Below are positions 22,516-36,751 of a DNA stretch of 64,000 bases, piece after piece. The notes below the pieces were generated by a model. The model ran no database searches. It worked only from the letters and a program-made list of their open reading frames with translations, and was not told where the DNA came from. Every line of letters starts with the position of its first letter. Positions within the stretch are counted from its first letter, which is position 1. The position numbers and the translations under genes are program-made. The stretch comes from Yuukianura sp. NJ FZ-2021 (Eukaryota): positions 7,688,001 to 7,752,000 of the forward strand of contig CM102283.1 of the NCBI GenBank assembly GCA_046563655.1. The letters run 5' to 3'.

Positions 22516-25500
22516 CTTCCAAAATTATCCCAAATTCTAATTTTCTCCCTCTAAAAACCTTAAAAATGCACCTCTGCAATCTGCATCCACAACAGACAAA
22601 ATTACTTGATTTCACAAACTACTTTTCCCGAGCAAAGAGGAAGCAAAAGCAACCACCCTAAAAATATCGATTTTCATGTTCCGACCCTTCGTTCTAAATT
22701 TTCCCGTCGTAGCAAGGGAAAAGCCGTTACGAGTAGGGGTAGTTTAGTACTAATTTTGTCTTGGTTCACTGGCTTAAAAAGAAACAAACCATCCCGGCAC
22801 AACACATGCTTCAAACCCTGCTGTTGTGAAGGTTGCTGCTACCCTTCAAATGCGAGCAATTGAAATCAAAATACCCGGGTAACTCCACAGATGTCAGCCA
22901 AGCTTGAGGACTCAGAAAGAAAACAGGAGACCAACCGAAATTACTTTCACTTTTTTAGAAACCTGAAAGTTTCACATTAAGAAAGCTCAAGAAACCATAA
23001 GCTACCGGCAAATCGGAGTTAGCAAAAAGATATGCGCAGGAAAACCTTAGACTTAGTTAGCAACGTCTCGTTAAGAGAATTTGAAAATGAAAGTGAAATT
23101 TTGGGAATTGGCTGTAAAATTTGACTGAAGGTGACAAAGCGCATCTTTCTTTGTCTGCCAAATCCAAATGCCAACTTAAAGATGAAACCCGAATATAAAT
23201 TACCCGCCACAAGAAAAAGTTTGTTTTAAAGAAAAATCGGCCCGCCACACCAAAAAATGTCATGTCAAGTGAAAGTTTACATGAGCTTAGGCTACCCGGG
23301 CAGATGAAAAATGTAGAAATGACAGAAACCCTTATGTCCAGAGAAGAATAAGAAGAGTGAAGGTGTCTTATGAGAGTCAAGTTGACAAGGTCCTCCAGGG
23401 TGTCAAAAAAAGTTCTGCTGCTGACTGGAAGTCCTAAAACTCCCAGCTCCAAAAAAAATTCTCTAGAAGTAGAACCTAAAAGTATATGAAATCCATAGAT
23501 CACGGACTCCGTTTTTTACGATTGCATTACCAGACCAATTTCTCCACGTCTTCCAAAAAAAGAAAGTCTTTTGCATGAAATATTAGGAGTTGGAAATCTA
23601 ACCCAACAGCAAGCATAGCAGCACCGAGAGAACCGAAAAAAAAGAGAAGAGCACTTTCCAACTTGTGAAATTGAATTTGTTCCAAGGCCTCCCTTTCTCC
23701 TCCGTTTTACTCCCAAAGAAAAAAAAAGTCCCTCCAGAAACATATTTATTTTACGCCTTGAAACGTTCGCATGCATGAAAAATGTCCACTGGGACTGTGT
23801 TCGTTTCTGGAAGTTCCTGGATTGTTGGATTCCTCTGCTCCTTGGTGATAGACTCCCGTCAAAATGTATTCAGGGATTATCAGTATTAATCTGTGGGGAG
23901 TCGTTCCTCTTGGCCTGACTTTCTCCCTACTTCTACTCTCTTCCTATGTTCTTCTCAATTGAATTTTCCAATGAATCCTAATGATCCCGAGACCCCAGAA
24001 ATAAAGGGATCAAATCAGCCTCCCCCTTACACTTTTTTCTAACACGAACCAAGTTAGATCACTTTCACTTTCATACTTTTCCCCTTTGACACTTTCCCCT
24101 TTCAACCCACACAACAGAGATCACCCATCGGCATCACAACGGGACTTTAACTATGGAAACACTACCGGAACATTCCCCCGTTTAGATCTTCCCGCCTTAA
24201 CGCTAGTTCAATTCATCTAACTCAATTTGTCCCACTTTCCATTACAAATTATTATCACAGCAGGGGAACAAATCATCCACAAATACCCTCAAACTATGAC
24301 CTCATGTAACCTAAATCATGTCTCACAAGAAACGCTTTCACCAGTGAAAGCTCCAAATAGTGTTTCTAGAATGAAATGAGCACAAACTGATTTTCAAATT
24401 TTAGTTTCATCTGAATTTTGAATAATTGACGCAACTTGATTATCAGATTTTTACTTTGACCATAATTACATGCCTTAATTTTCGAAACTGTGACATGAAT
24501 TGTACAGCTTGATTTTCAAAATTCTTAGCTTCATTTGACCTTGACTTAGCAAATTTTACGTACCACAAGAAAATTTTCGACCTTATTTTTAAATAATACT
24601 ACTTTTCAAAATTCTGCATTTCCTTTGAAAGTTCACCGAGGTTGAAATTTCTCTAACTTCACATTGTTTTCGGAAAAAAAGAAGTAAATTTTTTTCTCTT
24701 TTAAGTTTTAGTTTTTAAAACATAATTCCTAGCGTATCTTAATGTTTAGTATGGATAAGGTGATGAGGAAATTAGTGTTTAAAATCCTCTGTCCCTTGAG
24801 ACTCATGCTTGTGTCTACTGCTTGGTTTCCTTGTTTCTTTAGGGAAAGAACAAGAGAACAACTTTCACCAGAGAAAGCACAGGAAGAGCACAGCCTCTGT
24901 CGTAAGTGACTACGAAACTTAAATCCAATTTAACTTTTCCCTCTCCATCTTCAACTTATACGCTCAAATTCAATTTTCCTTTCTTCATTTTTCACTTTCA
25001 CTTTAACAAAAACTAAGGCTTGAGCCACCGAGTTCAACATTCTCGTATGCCAGAGATTAAAAACGGAACAAAGGCCCTCGAGATTCTCCATTTTCTTGTG
25101 CGTGTAGTACAATCTCAAAACTTTCAAAAACAAACTTTTTTTTACTGTTACGCTCCATGTTGACACGAAAATGACTTTGAGACTTTGACTCGTCTTTCGA
25201 AAATATTGAATTGGATTCTCGGACACTCTCTGCTGTCCATGATGTTGATGTCGGTGTCAGATTGACAGCAAGTCAAAATGGTATTGCGCTGACCAGCAGT
25301 GGGAAAAACCAGACCACCAAAATCCATTTTCGTGATAGCAAAAATAGAAAAAACACACAAAAACACATTTCCCAGAAGAATTTCAAAGTAAACACTTCAC
25401 ACGATCCAAAGCTTTCTCGCACTTAAAAAAAAGACAAGTCAAAAGTGAAGTACAAAAATCGAAAAACAAAAATTTGGACCAAAACTTAAAAATATACCAA

Positions 25501-28500
25501 AAACATAACTTTTTTTCAACTTTTGAGTTACGAATTTTCAAAAATTGAGTCTAAATAGTGCAGATTGAAAATTTGGAGAAAGTCGGTGAAAGAAGTTTCC
25601 GAAAATTGAAAATCCGAAATTGGAAAAACGAACAATTTCGTTAAGTTTTTGAGTATCTGCAAAGTGGGAATCAATTTGGCACGAGTGAAGTCATCGTTAA
25701 AGCATAGCCTAGTAGGATTAGATGAGATTGGACCACCTCTGAATAAGTAATGGACCAAGATGTAAGTTCTAAGAGGCAGAGAAAGCACAGGAAGATCCAA
25801 GTACTCGTGGGGGATTTGCGTGATGAGGATGACGAAGGAATGGAGAAACTCAGTCCAAATCCAATTTCAAAAAAGAAGAATAAAAGTTTAGAAAATGTTG
25901 GAAAGAAAAGTGTAACCCTTGGTCCTAGTTGAGCATTTGTACTGCCAGTATTAGTGTGGCCCCTTGTTACAATTTTTGGGAGAGACTTTGCGTCTGAATC
26001 GCTTGGGGACTTTAGGACACATGGACATGATCATATTAAGGAGCGGATGAGCTCGAAAATGAAGGAAGGAGATGGGATTCGATCCTGGAGCAGAAGCTTT
26101 TGGATTTAAGGCGATTTGAGAGAGTGCCTCAAGTCCCCGGGGACCCTTCGCATGCTCTCTGCCCATCCGCACCACCCCGTCCCATGTCCAGCTCCCTTAA
26201 AATCAACAACAACCCTGCAATTACAAACTAGCGTCGTAGCTTATCACAAAATACAAAACACAAATCCACTTTTTCAAAATCCGGATCCGTAAAAAAATTC
26301 ACAAAAAAACTAACAACAAAGTCCCCCCAAAATTGCGAAAATTTCCAACCCGGTTTTGCAAATCAAAATCACTGTAAGTCACCCCTAGAGTTCACTCTGG
26401 TCACTTTTCAGTTCAAACACCACAACAACCATTTTCAAAAATCTAATTTTTTTAAAAAACCATATTGATTTTTTTAAAAATGCGATTTCTGAAATATGCT
26501 GGCTCACGATATTGTGAGCCACCATAATTTTTGTTTCTAAAAAACCTAAAAACCTCCTAAACTACGACACACAAAGTCCTACGAGGAGAAAGTAAAGAAA
26601 GCGGCCGAGGATTGAAGATTTTTTTTCGGCTAGATTTTGAAATCCTGAGAACGAGAGTGGAAAGAGAATCTCCCTGCTCACTTAAGAAGCCTCAACAAGG
26701 ACCAATTGGTCATCTTGGGTTTCCAAACTTCCCGCTCCAGCAGAAACCCGCTTCAAAGTGGAGAAAGCTCTTCGGCAGGTCGCTGGAACAGCATTTCGGA
26801 GTCTCCAAGGAGATGGAAGAAGTGAAACAAGGCGGAGCAGCTGCTCCACCGTGGTGGCATGGCCTAACTTTCACCCGCTCCTTTCAAAACCCTTCACTCT
26901 CTGGCCACGCAACTCTCTCCACTTTCCCTTCCCATCCAATTTCCGTCTTCTGTTTGCATTGGACTAGGTTCAGAACTTCACCAAAGGAAAAGCGGGAAAT
27001 AATAAAAATAAAAGCCCACTCTGAGCAGAAAGTCATCAAAGATTAGTTGGATTTGAACTGGTCGTGGCTCCTTGAGCTGGGCCTCATCGCCTGTAATGGT
27101 CTGAACAAACAGAGAGTGGACTTGATTGAGTGCTCTGCTTCACTACCTGTTCCCTCTGTCATTTGTCATACCTCATCTAGCCCACGAATCGGAATTGTAT
27201 TTGACAAACGGGTGTGATGGCAATTTTAGTTGTGTCAACAACACACGGCTCTTCAACTCTCTCCCAAACGATTAGAGTAATTCATTTTTCCTTACAGAAA
27301 TAAACCCAAAACCACTAACTTAATAATAAAACATAGTTACTACTTCCCTTGTTCAGCAGCTAGTACTTCAACAACCGATTTCAAGTACCCACCCAAAATA
27401 AAACCATTCACGCTCGTAAAAAAACACACCGCACCTCAAATCCTGCAATTCAGCAACACAGTTGTTCCATTTGCTTTTTACTTAAATTTTTAATACCAAT
27501 CAGAAAATATTTCGGTTAAAATAATCCAAACTTTTCGCAATCCCTCTTAATTTTTTTCTTCAATTTAGCCACAAACTTACCAATTTCACATTTCAATTTC
27601 TAATTTCACGAATTTTGTTATTTTCCAATAACGTCATGCCCAACATTTTCAAAAAAGGCAGCACTTCTTTAAACCATAATTAGTAAAAAAAAAATTGTGC
27701 AAGCTGAAATTGATCACTTAAAAATTTAAATTTTCCAAATTAATGTGTAGTCACGCTTTGCTTTTGAAGTCGAAATTCAGTAGGGCTGAAAGGGGTTGAG
27801 CTGAAAGCAAGTTCGTAGACCCACCCGAGTCAATAAAAATTCTTCAGTCACTTTTTGCCCTTACGGTAATATTTCAAAATACTATGCAGTTTCAGCATTA
27901 TTGTGCTGGAAGACCTACTTTTGGAGGGTGATTTTGAGGAATTGAGTTCCCTCTAAAATTGATTTTGATTAAAGACCATCAATCCTCGGAACAACTCCAA
28001 GTCCAAGTCCCTAGTCCTTAGATTCCCTACAAGCAAAAGTCAGTTGTGGTGCAACCAACCTAACCCAAAGTCCCTCAACTCAGCCTAACTCCAGTACTTC
28101 TCTGATGCTCATCTCAGAACTTAGGAGAAAGCGGTTAGCAGCAGCCGAAGCTTAGGAAGTGATGAAGGCAATTATTTTAATCAGATTCTCTAGTGCCTGC
28201 GTGATTCCTCCCTTTAATGATCCCAAAATTTCGAGGCAGCACAGATCCAGCATCCAGCATCCAGCACATAAGACGACTTCTCCACAACCTCCAAAACTTA
28301 CAAGTCAAATTCTTCCTTGGAGAAAACGGTTTCTCCACAGTGCTCTCTCCCTTTCCAGGGATTTCATACACAGATATTTTTCCTTGCACATTCTTCCGCA
28401 TAATTGCATGCCTCGAGTGTCCCATAAATAACCTCCACTACAAGGCAGCGGTAGGATTATTACGAAAATCTTAAATACAACCCGCCGAGGTTTTCCCTAC

Positions 28501-31313
28501 GCCTAGGCACAACGTTCCCTCATTTCCATTCCCACTTTCACTCTCTCGCCCATTGTCACATTCCAGAGGAAACAGCACACTAAAACTAAAAATAAAAACC
28601 CAAATCCCAACTTTAATCTTGCACAAAATCCTAACCTAGCCTTTCCCTTCAACATAGGCAAACCTAACTTTTGTCCTCGTCCATTGGAATTCTACTAAAG
28701 TTGCAATCTGCTCCGAACAAAACAAATGTAATGACCAGAAGCATCTAAAACTTTCAATTTCCTCACTACTGTCTCTAATTTCGAAAAATCTGTTTCGCAC
28801 CAAATTGCAAAATCACAAACATTTCTACAAATCGATTTTTTACAACCTAACATTCCTTGCAGGAGTTTTCATTTCAAAAGTCTAAGCCTCGAACACAACC
28901 GAAACCTTTAAAGAAATTCTTCCAGACTTCTTAGGAAATTTTTCATTTTCAAAAAATTTCTTTTCTATTTTTTAATTTTTTTTTTTATTTTGGAGAAAGC
29001 TGAGATTAAAATTTCCAAATTCCAATTAAACTCTGAAAGCTTAGGAAGTGTCAAAAACAGTTTTGACAGGTTTTGTATAAAACTGAAAGTTTTTGGTGCT
29101 CTGCGCAAGAAATCTCAAGCCTTTTTTGAAACACCCGCCCTTTTACTAAGAGTTAATTTATCACAAGGAAATTATGGTCCAAAAGGCGGGAAAACTTGAA
29201 AGGAGAAAGTTTCCGCTCCTTTTATGAATAATGACTTTGTGAATGACTAATAATGAAGTAGGCTTTTCTCCATTTTTCCTGCCCCGTTCTCCCTCTTCCT
29301 TTTCAAACCCACTTAGGTCAAACCTGACACTAATTCAATTACTCTCTCTCTTTTTCAAAATTTTTCACTTTTTTCAAAAAACTAATTCACTAATCATAAT
29401 ATTCCACAGAAAGCATAAAAGCGTATAGTTAGTACTCCGCCACTCCTTTTTCTCCTTTATGATGGTCCATTAATAATGCAATTTTTAATTTCTGGTGATT
29501 AGAAAACACTGTGACTTTTTATGACCAAAAAAATTTCCCGCTTTTTCCCTTTCACGAAAAATAAGCTTTCTTATTACCATGATGGATTTGACTAATTTTT
29601 TTAGTTCGTAAAAGCTCCCGAGCCTTAAAACTTTCTCGTTAGCATGCGGATTTTTCGAGTGTTTCAAATGAAATTCAAAATTTGTTTTTTCCCGGGCATA
29701 ATCCTAGCAGGGCGGTGCATAATTAATGAGCCTGACTCCGCCCTTGCTCAAGATCATCTTCGTAATTAGGCTGGATCCACTTTCACTCTCATCCATCTCT
29801 CTCACCTACCCTCCACTTCACAAATTAAGGGAAAAACAAAATGAAAAAATAGTTACTCCCTCCACATCTAACAAATTAATACTCTTAAAATCATGTTGAC
29901 AAGTTCTGGGCATGATGTTAAGGACGGAACTCACCTCCGTCAAAGATCCCACACGCAATTTCATGCCTCATCAGCCTTTATGCATCATCTTTTGTTTCTC
30001 CTCAGTGATTAGACCAAGGAAATTATCCTACTCAAATGTTATGACAAAACCTACTTTACTTAATTAATTCACAAACTTTTACTACACCCACTAAAAACTA
30101 ACATTGTACAACAATGGGCGCTGGATTTCAAGTTGCGGACGCCTACTTTTCAAAAAAAGAGAAAAAAAAACATAAAAGAAAGAAAGCAAGACAGAAAGAA
30201 ATTACAATAGAATCAGCTTTCTGAAAAAAAAAAACTCTTTTCAAAATTCCGAAAATTGAAAAAGAGGATTAAAATGAGCTGCAAAATCATACCGAAAAAT
30301 CATTTTTTGATTTAAAAACTCAAAGTTTCGAATCTCAAAAATTCCTAATCTAGAATCAGAATCTCAATGTCTACCAAAACCAACTTTCTCTTTTATCTTT
30401 TGAACTTATCTTTTTGAAATTTTAAAATTTTTAGTCTTCGTGGCTCCTACGAAATATATTTTAATCTCATCCAGAAAGAAATCGAGTCTAGGAATATCCT
30501 TTCCTAGAACTTCTTTTTTTTCAGGTTAACTTTCTCTGTCCAGGATTCCTTGTCTCCGCACGCCTTAAGAATGCTTAAAAAGAGAAAGTCCAAGTCTAGC
30601 ACAGCACACAGTAGTGAATGTATTAGTGCATGTAAGTCGTGTGTGGACCAAGAGAAAGGGGTAAGACCTCCACTTAAGCTCCACTTACTGCCTCTTGCAG
30701 GGAGTAACTCTATCTTCCCTCGTAGATGGGATTAGATCAGGAGAGACGGATGATGTTGGGACGATGATTTGAAGAAACCACACAATCCGCCTATCCTCTC
30801 TCGTTAATATTTAATGGGCCAACCCATCACTTCAGATATAAACCAGATCACAGCATTTACTAGATTGAAAAACTCTCAAACCAAAATTACAATTCAATTT
30901 CAACAGAACACTCTCCAAACACAGACTCACTTTCACTCAAAAGTTACAAAATCAACAGCACTCAAGCCCAGTGTATCACTTTCACCAATCTCCCACCACT
31001 TCCATAATCACTTCACCCAATCACCAACCACAATCAGTGTCATTAACTTAAGTGATTCAGAATTCAAATTCACAAATTAACTTAACCGCCTCACATATTC
31101 TAAATTCAACATTCAAATTTTCAAATTCAAAAATTAACTTCCGTGAGTCAGAAATTTTTAATTCAAAAAGCACAATTTATTTCAGAACAAGAAAACCAAA
31201 AGGATTTGTCTTCGAAACTGGCAACAAAATCTCCGTTGGATTCAATTTCAAAGTTCATTTGAGATGAATGTCGAAGCATTTTTTTCTCCTGCACGTTCAA
31301 AATTTCAATTTTT

Positions 31314-34300
31314 TTAGCACGGTGGTTGGGATGAGTGATGGTGATGATGGAGATTTGACAAAAACGAGGATGAGACATCGTTGTGCTGCGTTTCTCTGCA
31401 GAAATTCAAATTCACGCTGTAAAATACATTACCCAGATCCACATTAAATTGGAACATTTTTCAAAAAATTGCCAAGAAAAAAACTACTGAAGGAAACCAA
31501 AGTAATTCTTAAAATACCGAAATGGAAAAAAAAACTAAAAATCCAGTAGAAAAATAATTTCCAAAACCCGCACCTATGTCTCCTGAGGTCCACTTTTCTC
31601 TGGAAGGCTCTTCCGCAGAGGTCACAGGCAAAGGGCTTGAATCCCGTATGCTTGCGGGAGTGCGTAATGAGGTTGGAGGACTGGGAAAAGGCCTTACCAC
31701 ACACAAGACATTTATGTGGTTTCTCCCCTGTGGACAAAAGTTACAATGATCTCATTACACCTCATTACACAGTTTCCACACTTTCCCTGGTGAAACGAAT
31801 TACACCATAGCAGGATATGGTCAAAAGGAATTACACCAAGATTCGAAATTAACATGTAAAACAGGATTTCGTTGTGGTGCAATGTGTTTAACAGGATAGA
31901 AAACAGGAACAATAGGATAAACTGGACACAAAACCTAACACCATAGGCTGTAACCAGATATAAAATGTAACCCAATGCTCATCCATGGTAATCCGTGTCC
32001 ATTGTCACCTAAACATCACACTGCATAAATCAAATCCTAATTCCACAAAGCCCGAAGCAAAAATGAACCCCGGGTAACATAACAAGATTTCCGGATTTTC
32101 ACTCCCAGCAAAAAAAAATCAGTGGATTCGGCAGAATCAAAAAATCGACAGAAGTGAAAGTCTCAAATTCCAGAAAAAAATTCAATCTTAAAATTCCTGA
32201 AATCCGGGGACAATCGAGTCGTAATTTTTCTCCCGCCAAAAAAGTGTTTGAAACTTCGAGCCAAAGAAAGTGGAACATCCAAAACCATAAACTGGACAAA
32301 AGACCTTAAAGAAAAAATCCAACCTCAGCCAAGACTGTAGTAAAACAAAGGTTAAAACTGGTCCAGATTTCACTTTCTTTTTTAGGACATACTTTCTCCT
32401 GTCACCTTTTACTTCTCATAAAATCTCACAAAAATCATAAACTTCCAACAATCTCCACAACTTCAGCACATAAACTTCTGTTATAAGAAGAAAAAAGTCT
32501 CTTCCAAATAATTTTTCACTTTCTCTACAACAATTTTACGATACAAAGAAAGTCCAGCGTCTCTTACTTTCATTTTACACACAAAAACTTATAAAATACA
32601 AAACACCTTAAAACGTTTCCTCCGCTCAGACAAAACTTTTATTTCCAAAGCAGAATCATCACAAAACAAAACAAATCTTTAAACCAAGGTCAAAATCCTT
32701 CCAGAACAGAACCAAATCCAAAACAAAAAAGTTGTTCATTTCCTTGGGCAACAAAAATCAAACAAAAACTTTTCCGGATCTTCCTGAATCCGGAGCTTCT
32801 AATTAGAAAGCACGAACTCATCTCTGATTGTTTCGCGCCTCTGGAATTAGTTTTCCTAACAAATCAGAAGCCCAAAGCCCATCAATGTCCGCAAGAGCAA
32901 AAAAATCCCCAAAACCTAACTTTTTTTTTAGAGTGAAAACCAATATACTCAAGATTTTAATTTCCAGCAAACACACTTTCTCCAGTCCTCGTCCTGCTTA
33001 AGTGTTTTCTTTTCGTGAGGTCTCCAGCAAAACCCTCTTCCACTTTCCAAAACTTTATTAAAGTGCTCTCTCAAAATAAGGCGCCAAAACCCGAATCTTA
33101 AAGACCAAAACCAAGGACCACTTCAGAACAGTCTTAATGAGATTTCCCCTTCCAGCACTAACACTAAAACTAACATAGCCAAGTTCATAACCCCCAAAAA
33201 GCAAAACTTTAGTTTCCAATTCCGAAAGAGAAAAGCTTCCAAGGAAAACCGGGCGTTACGATTTTACCAGTCAAAACATTTACCCAAAAATCTCCAGTCA
33301 AAACATCCAACTTTCTCTTCTGTTGACTTTCTCCTTCCAATCTTCCAAAAGAACTAAAAACAGTTATGCTAACAACAGAATGTGAAGAACCCAGGCTAAC
33401 TTTTACTTAAGTAAGACATATGCACAAGTGGGAAAAGGGGTAGCGGCTTAAGGGATCCAGCTCATCAACTATAACCACAGAGGCCTTAAGTGGAGAAAGC
33501 TGTGCCACAGTAACTCTAACTTTTTCCTATGTTAGTGTAGCTTTTTGCGGGAGTTAATAAATGAGAGAGAGTTGTTCTTATTGAATTAGGTCCTTTTGGC
33601 AGAGTGTTGAAACAGGGAGGCTGAAACTGGGAGATGAAGAGAGGGAGAACATGATCTGTTAATCGAGGCAGTGGAGGTTCCAAGTCCCCAGGAGACTTCC
33701 AGATCCTAATTCCCTTAATTGTCCACAGAACCAAAAAAAAAGTTGCCTAGAAAGTCCAGCAGTATCCAAACACTAGATGAAATGGAAAGGAATCAAGTGT
33801 CTCATGATCTCAAATGCCTCAACCACTCTCGCCCATTCAATCTGTCCACTATAATTCTCACCACAAGTCCATCAACATCAATTCCTTATCCGCAAGTATC
33901 TTTGACACTCAATTGAAACCTGACCTAAACTTAGCCTAACAATAGGAAGATGTGTGGACCAAGAGGAGGAAGGGCGGATAAAGTTTAGGAGAGTTGAATT
34001 ACTTTCCAAAAATTTTGATTTTTTAGAAATGTACCCGTATGAATGTAAGTGTGTTTCTTCATGTCGGATTTTTGGTGAAATCGTTTGCCACAGAATGGGC
34101 ATGGATATGGCCTCGTATCTGAATGTATTAGGAGATGCGTTGACAGGGTCGATGACCTCTTGAACGACTTTCCACATTGAGCACAAGAAAACGTCTTCTC
34201 AATACTGTGCACGGCCCTGAAACGGGGCCAGTCAAAGTTCAGATTCGAAACTTAACAAATTCTCAAAATTTCAAAATTCCACAACAAATCCAAAACGACA

Positions 34301-36751
34301 TGCAACCAAAATCAACTGAAAATTGACAAATTGAGCGTGAAAAAAGAATGAAAACAACAAAATATTTCTTTGACTTAAAATTCCGCAACCGAATCGAAAA
34401 AAAATCCAAACAAAAAATCGCAGTTAAATCACAGAAATAACCAAAAAGAAGATTTAAAAAAATGCAAATTTTGAAAACATTGAACCACACCTATGTTGTG
34501 ACAGGGAAATTTCGTGTCCAAACGTTTTGTTGCAGAGGTGACAAGCAAAAGGGCGTTTGCCATTATGTGACCTCCTGGAATGAACTTCCAGTCCATGTGG
34601 TGTGCTGAACATCTTCTCACACTTGACACAACTGAAAACTTCTGAGCCGATGAGTGATGAGGTAGAATTCGGCCCCAACAAACTACTTCCAGAACCACCG
34701 CCAGCAGTCCCCTTGGGGTAACACGGTCCACCGTGGGACTTTCCCATGAGAAAAGCAGGATGATGATGAAGATGATGGTGATGATGGTGAAAGGCGGCAG
34801 CAGCAGCAGCGTGATTCGAACCCACCGAGGTCACTGGTCCTCCTGACGATTGACCCGCCGTAAATTTTTGATTTGAAAACAGGAAATTGTTTTGGAATGG
34901 CAAAAATGGATGTGGCGGCAGAAACAAATTTGGAAAGGAGAGTGCTGCAGCGGCTGCTGCTGCTGCAGATGATTGACTAAAAAGTGATCTACTCGACGAG
35001 AGCATGGCCATGGCTGACGAAGTGATTGGAAATTGTCTATCTCTTGGCCCCTCTGCCTTGTCTCCATCGTGACCTGTGACCTCATTTCTTAGAATGTCCT
35101 TGACGCTGAGTACTTTGGGTTTGAGGAGCCTTTCAATTCCAAACTTAATTTCTGAGCTGGATTTTGTGGGAAGTCGTTCCCTGTCGGGACTTGAGGTGGA
35201 GCGTGGTGAGGCGAGAGAGCTGTCTGAAGTGTGTGAGATAGATGATGATGAAGAGGAAGGTGCTTTGACCGTGGTGGGGCCATGGTGGGACGCTTGGTGG
35301 GGCAGGAGGGGAAAGACAATGTCATTCCAAGATTTGAGATGCTGGGCAGCAGTGGTGGGAGACAAAAGTAGGTCAGAGACGTTCGAATCTCCGGAGGCCC
35401 TTGACCCTCCGAATCCGCCTAAATTCAAATCCAACCACCGAAATTCTTATTGCCAAAAGCAAATTCCAAAAATTTCTGCAACCAAAGATTTTTCGAAAAA
35501 AAAAAACGAAGAAAGAAGGTCAAAAACAATTATTTTTCTAATTCATTAATCAAAATTCGCCAACTTTTCAATAAAAAATTTGAACAAATTAGGAACACAA
35601 ACTATGAAAAAATCGAGAAACTGAAATCCATAAAATTCAAAAATCATTAACTTTCATTTGCCTTTGTCGATTTGTGTTAACAAATTGATTGAATTGAAAA
35701 ACCCAGAAACAAAAAAAAACAACAAATCCACAAATTAATCACCCCACACTGAATTTTTGATAGATAATTTGCAAAATTTTGGAAAAACAAAGTTAGTAAC
35801 CTGCTCCTTTGTGGAAAGAAGATGAAGTGGCTGAGGGTGCAACAAGTCGAAATGCACTTTTGTCACTACATTTACGCAAGAGGGTGAGAATATCAAATTG
35901 ACTCACAACTTCCGACATATCACACCCTAACTCTCGACTCCTATTTTTCTAAATTAATCTTTTCACACCTAAACTTCCATTATTTTCACTTTCGATAAAA
36001 TCCTACCTATTTCCGTCCTAAAATCTCACAACGAATTTCCAATTAATCTCTGCTTTCTCCCGAGATCCTCAATCTGCCTCAATCCCAGTCCAAAGTGAGA
36101 TTGTGATCTGGAAACTGCTGGAATTAGTTCACGTAGTACCCTGAAAAGATACGCTCCACAAGACCCGAAAGTGGCAGAAAGAAAAGCGTAGTGTGTGGCT
36201 TGGAGAAAGTCCAGATTCCCTACGTTAGGTTTAGGAGCAGAGAAAGGAAGGGAGGGAGCATAAGCCAGTTGGAACAAAGTGGGCCGTCCAGGAAGTCCGG
36301 AGCAGACACCAAATCCTGCCAAGTTGAGCCAAGGGAAGAGGGGACTATACTTTTTCCGAAACAAGGATTTTCTCTAGGAGCAGTTGATGCGCAAGTTAGA
36401 AATCGGACTTTCTCCTTGGAGCCAAAAAAGAGCCTAATGTTAACGTAACCTTAGCCTAAGTAGGGTGGGATGCTGCGGAAGAAGGAAATCCCAATCCCAG
36501 AATCAGGACTCCGCCCATCGCCCCGATTTTCACTTCAGCTCCTCAAACCAGGGAGCGAGACTTCAACTCAATTCCAACAGCCAAAAACAGCTCCCAAAAG
36601 AAACACGGCCAAAAACCTCTTCATTTTACCAACTTTCACAAAAAAACCTAAGCACAAAAGCAGAGGAAAAAAAGAAGAGGGAAATCTTCTCAAACACAAA
36701 CCCAAATCTCCATCTTACTTTCACTCACAAACTTTCTCCAACAGGATTCAT
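31314..36751 (-). CDS. Gfi-1/senseless-family C2H2 transcription factor with six zinc fingers (sens-2/Gfi-1-like), ~477 aa
   Basis: Exons complement(36729-36751, 35801-35865, 34491-35418, 34035-34216, 31574-31727, 31314-31395), 1434 nt in frame. Fingers run from [22 protein letters not shown] through [26 protein letters not shown] and [22 protein letters not shown] to [15 protein letters not shown]. The two small 5' exons ([18 protein letters not shown]) are less certain than the finger exons. Confidence 0.9.

Noticed and set aside
25094-25110. Partial match to miR-210 (CTTGTGCGTGT)
   Set aside because: Only 11 nt match, the 3' half differs and no precursor hairpin is apparent.
34811-34828. 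tRNA T-arm-like GGTGGGTTCGAATCAC on the minus strand
   Set aside because: Lies within the Gfi-like coding exon (SVGSNH) and no cloverleaf can be formed.
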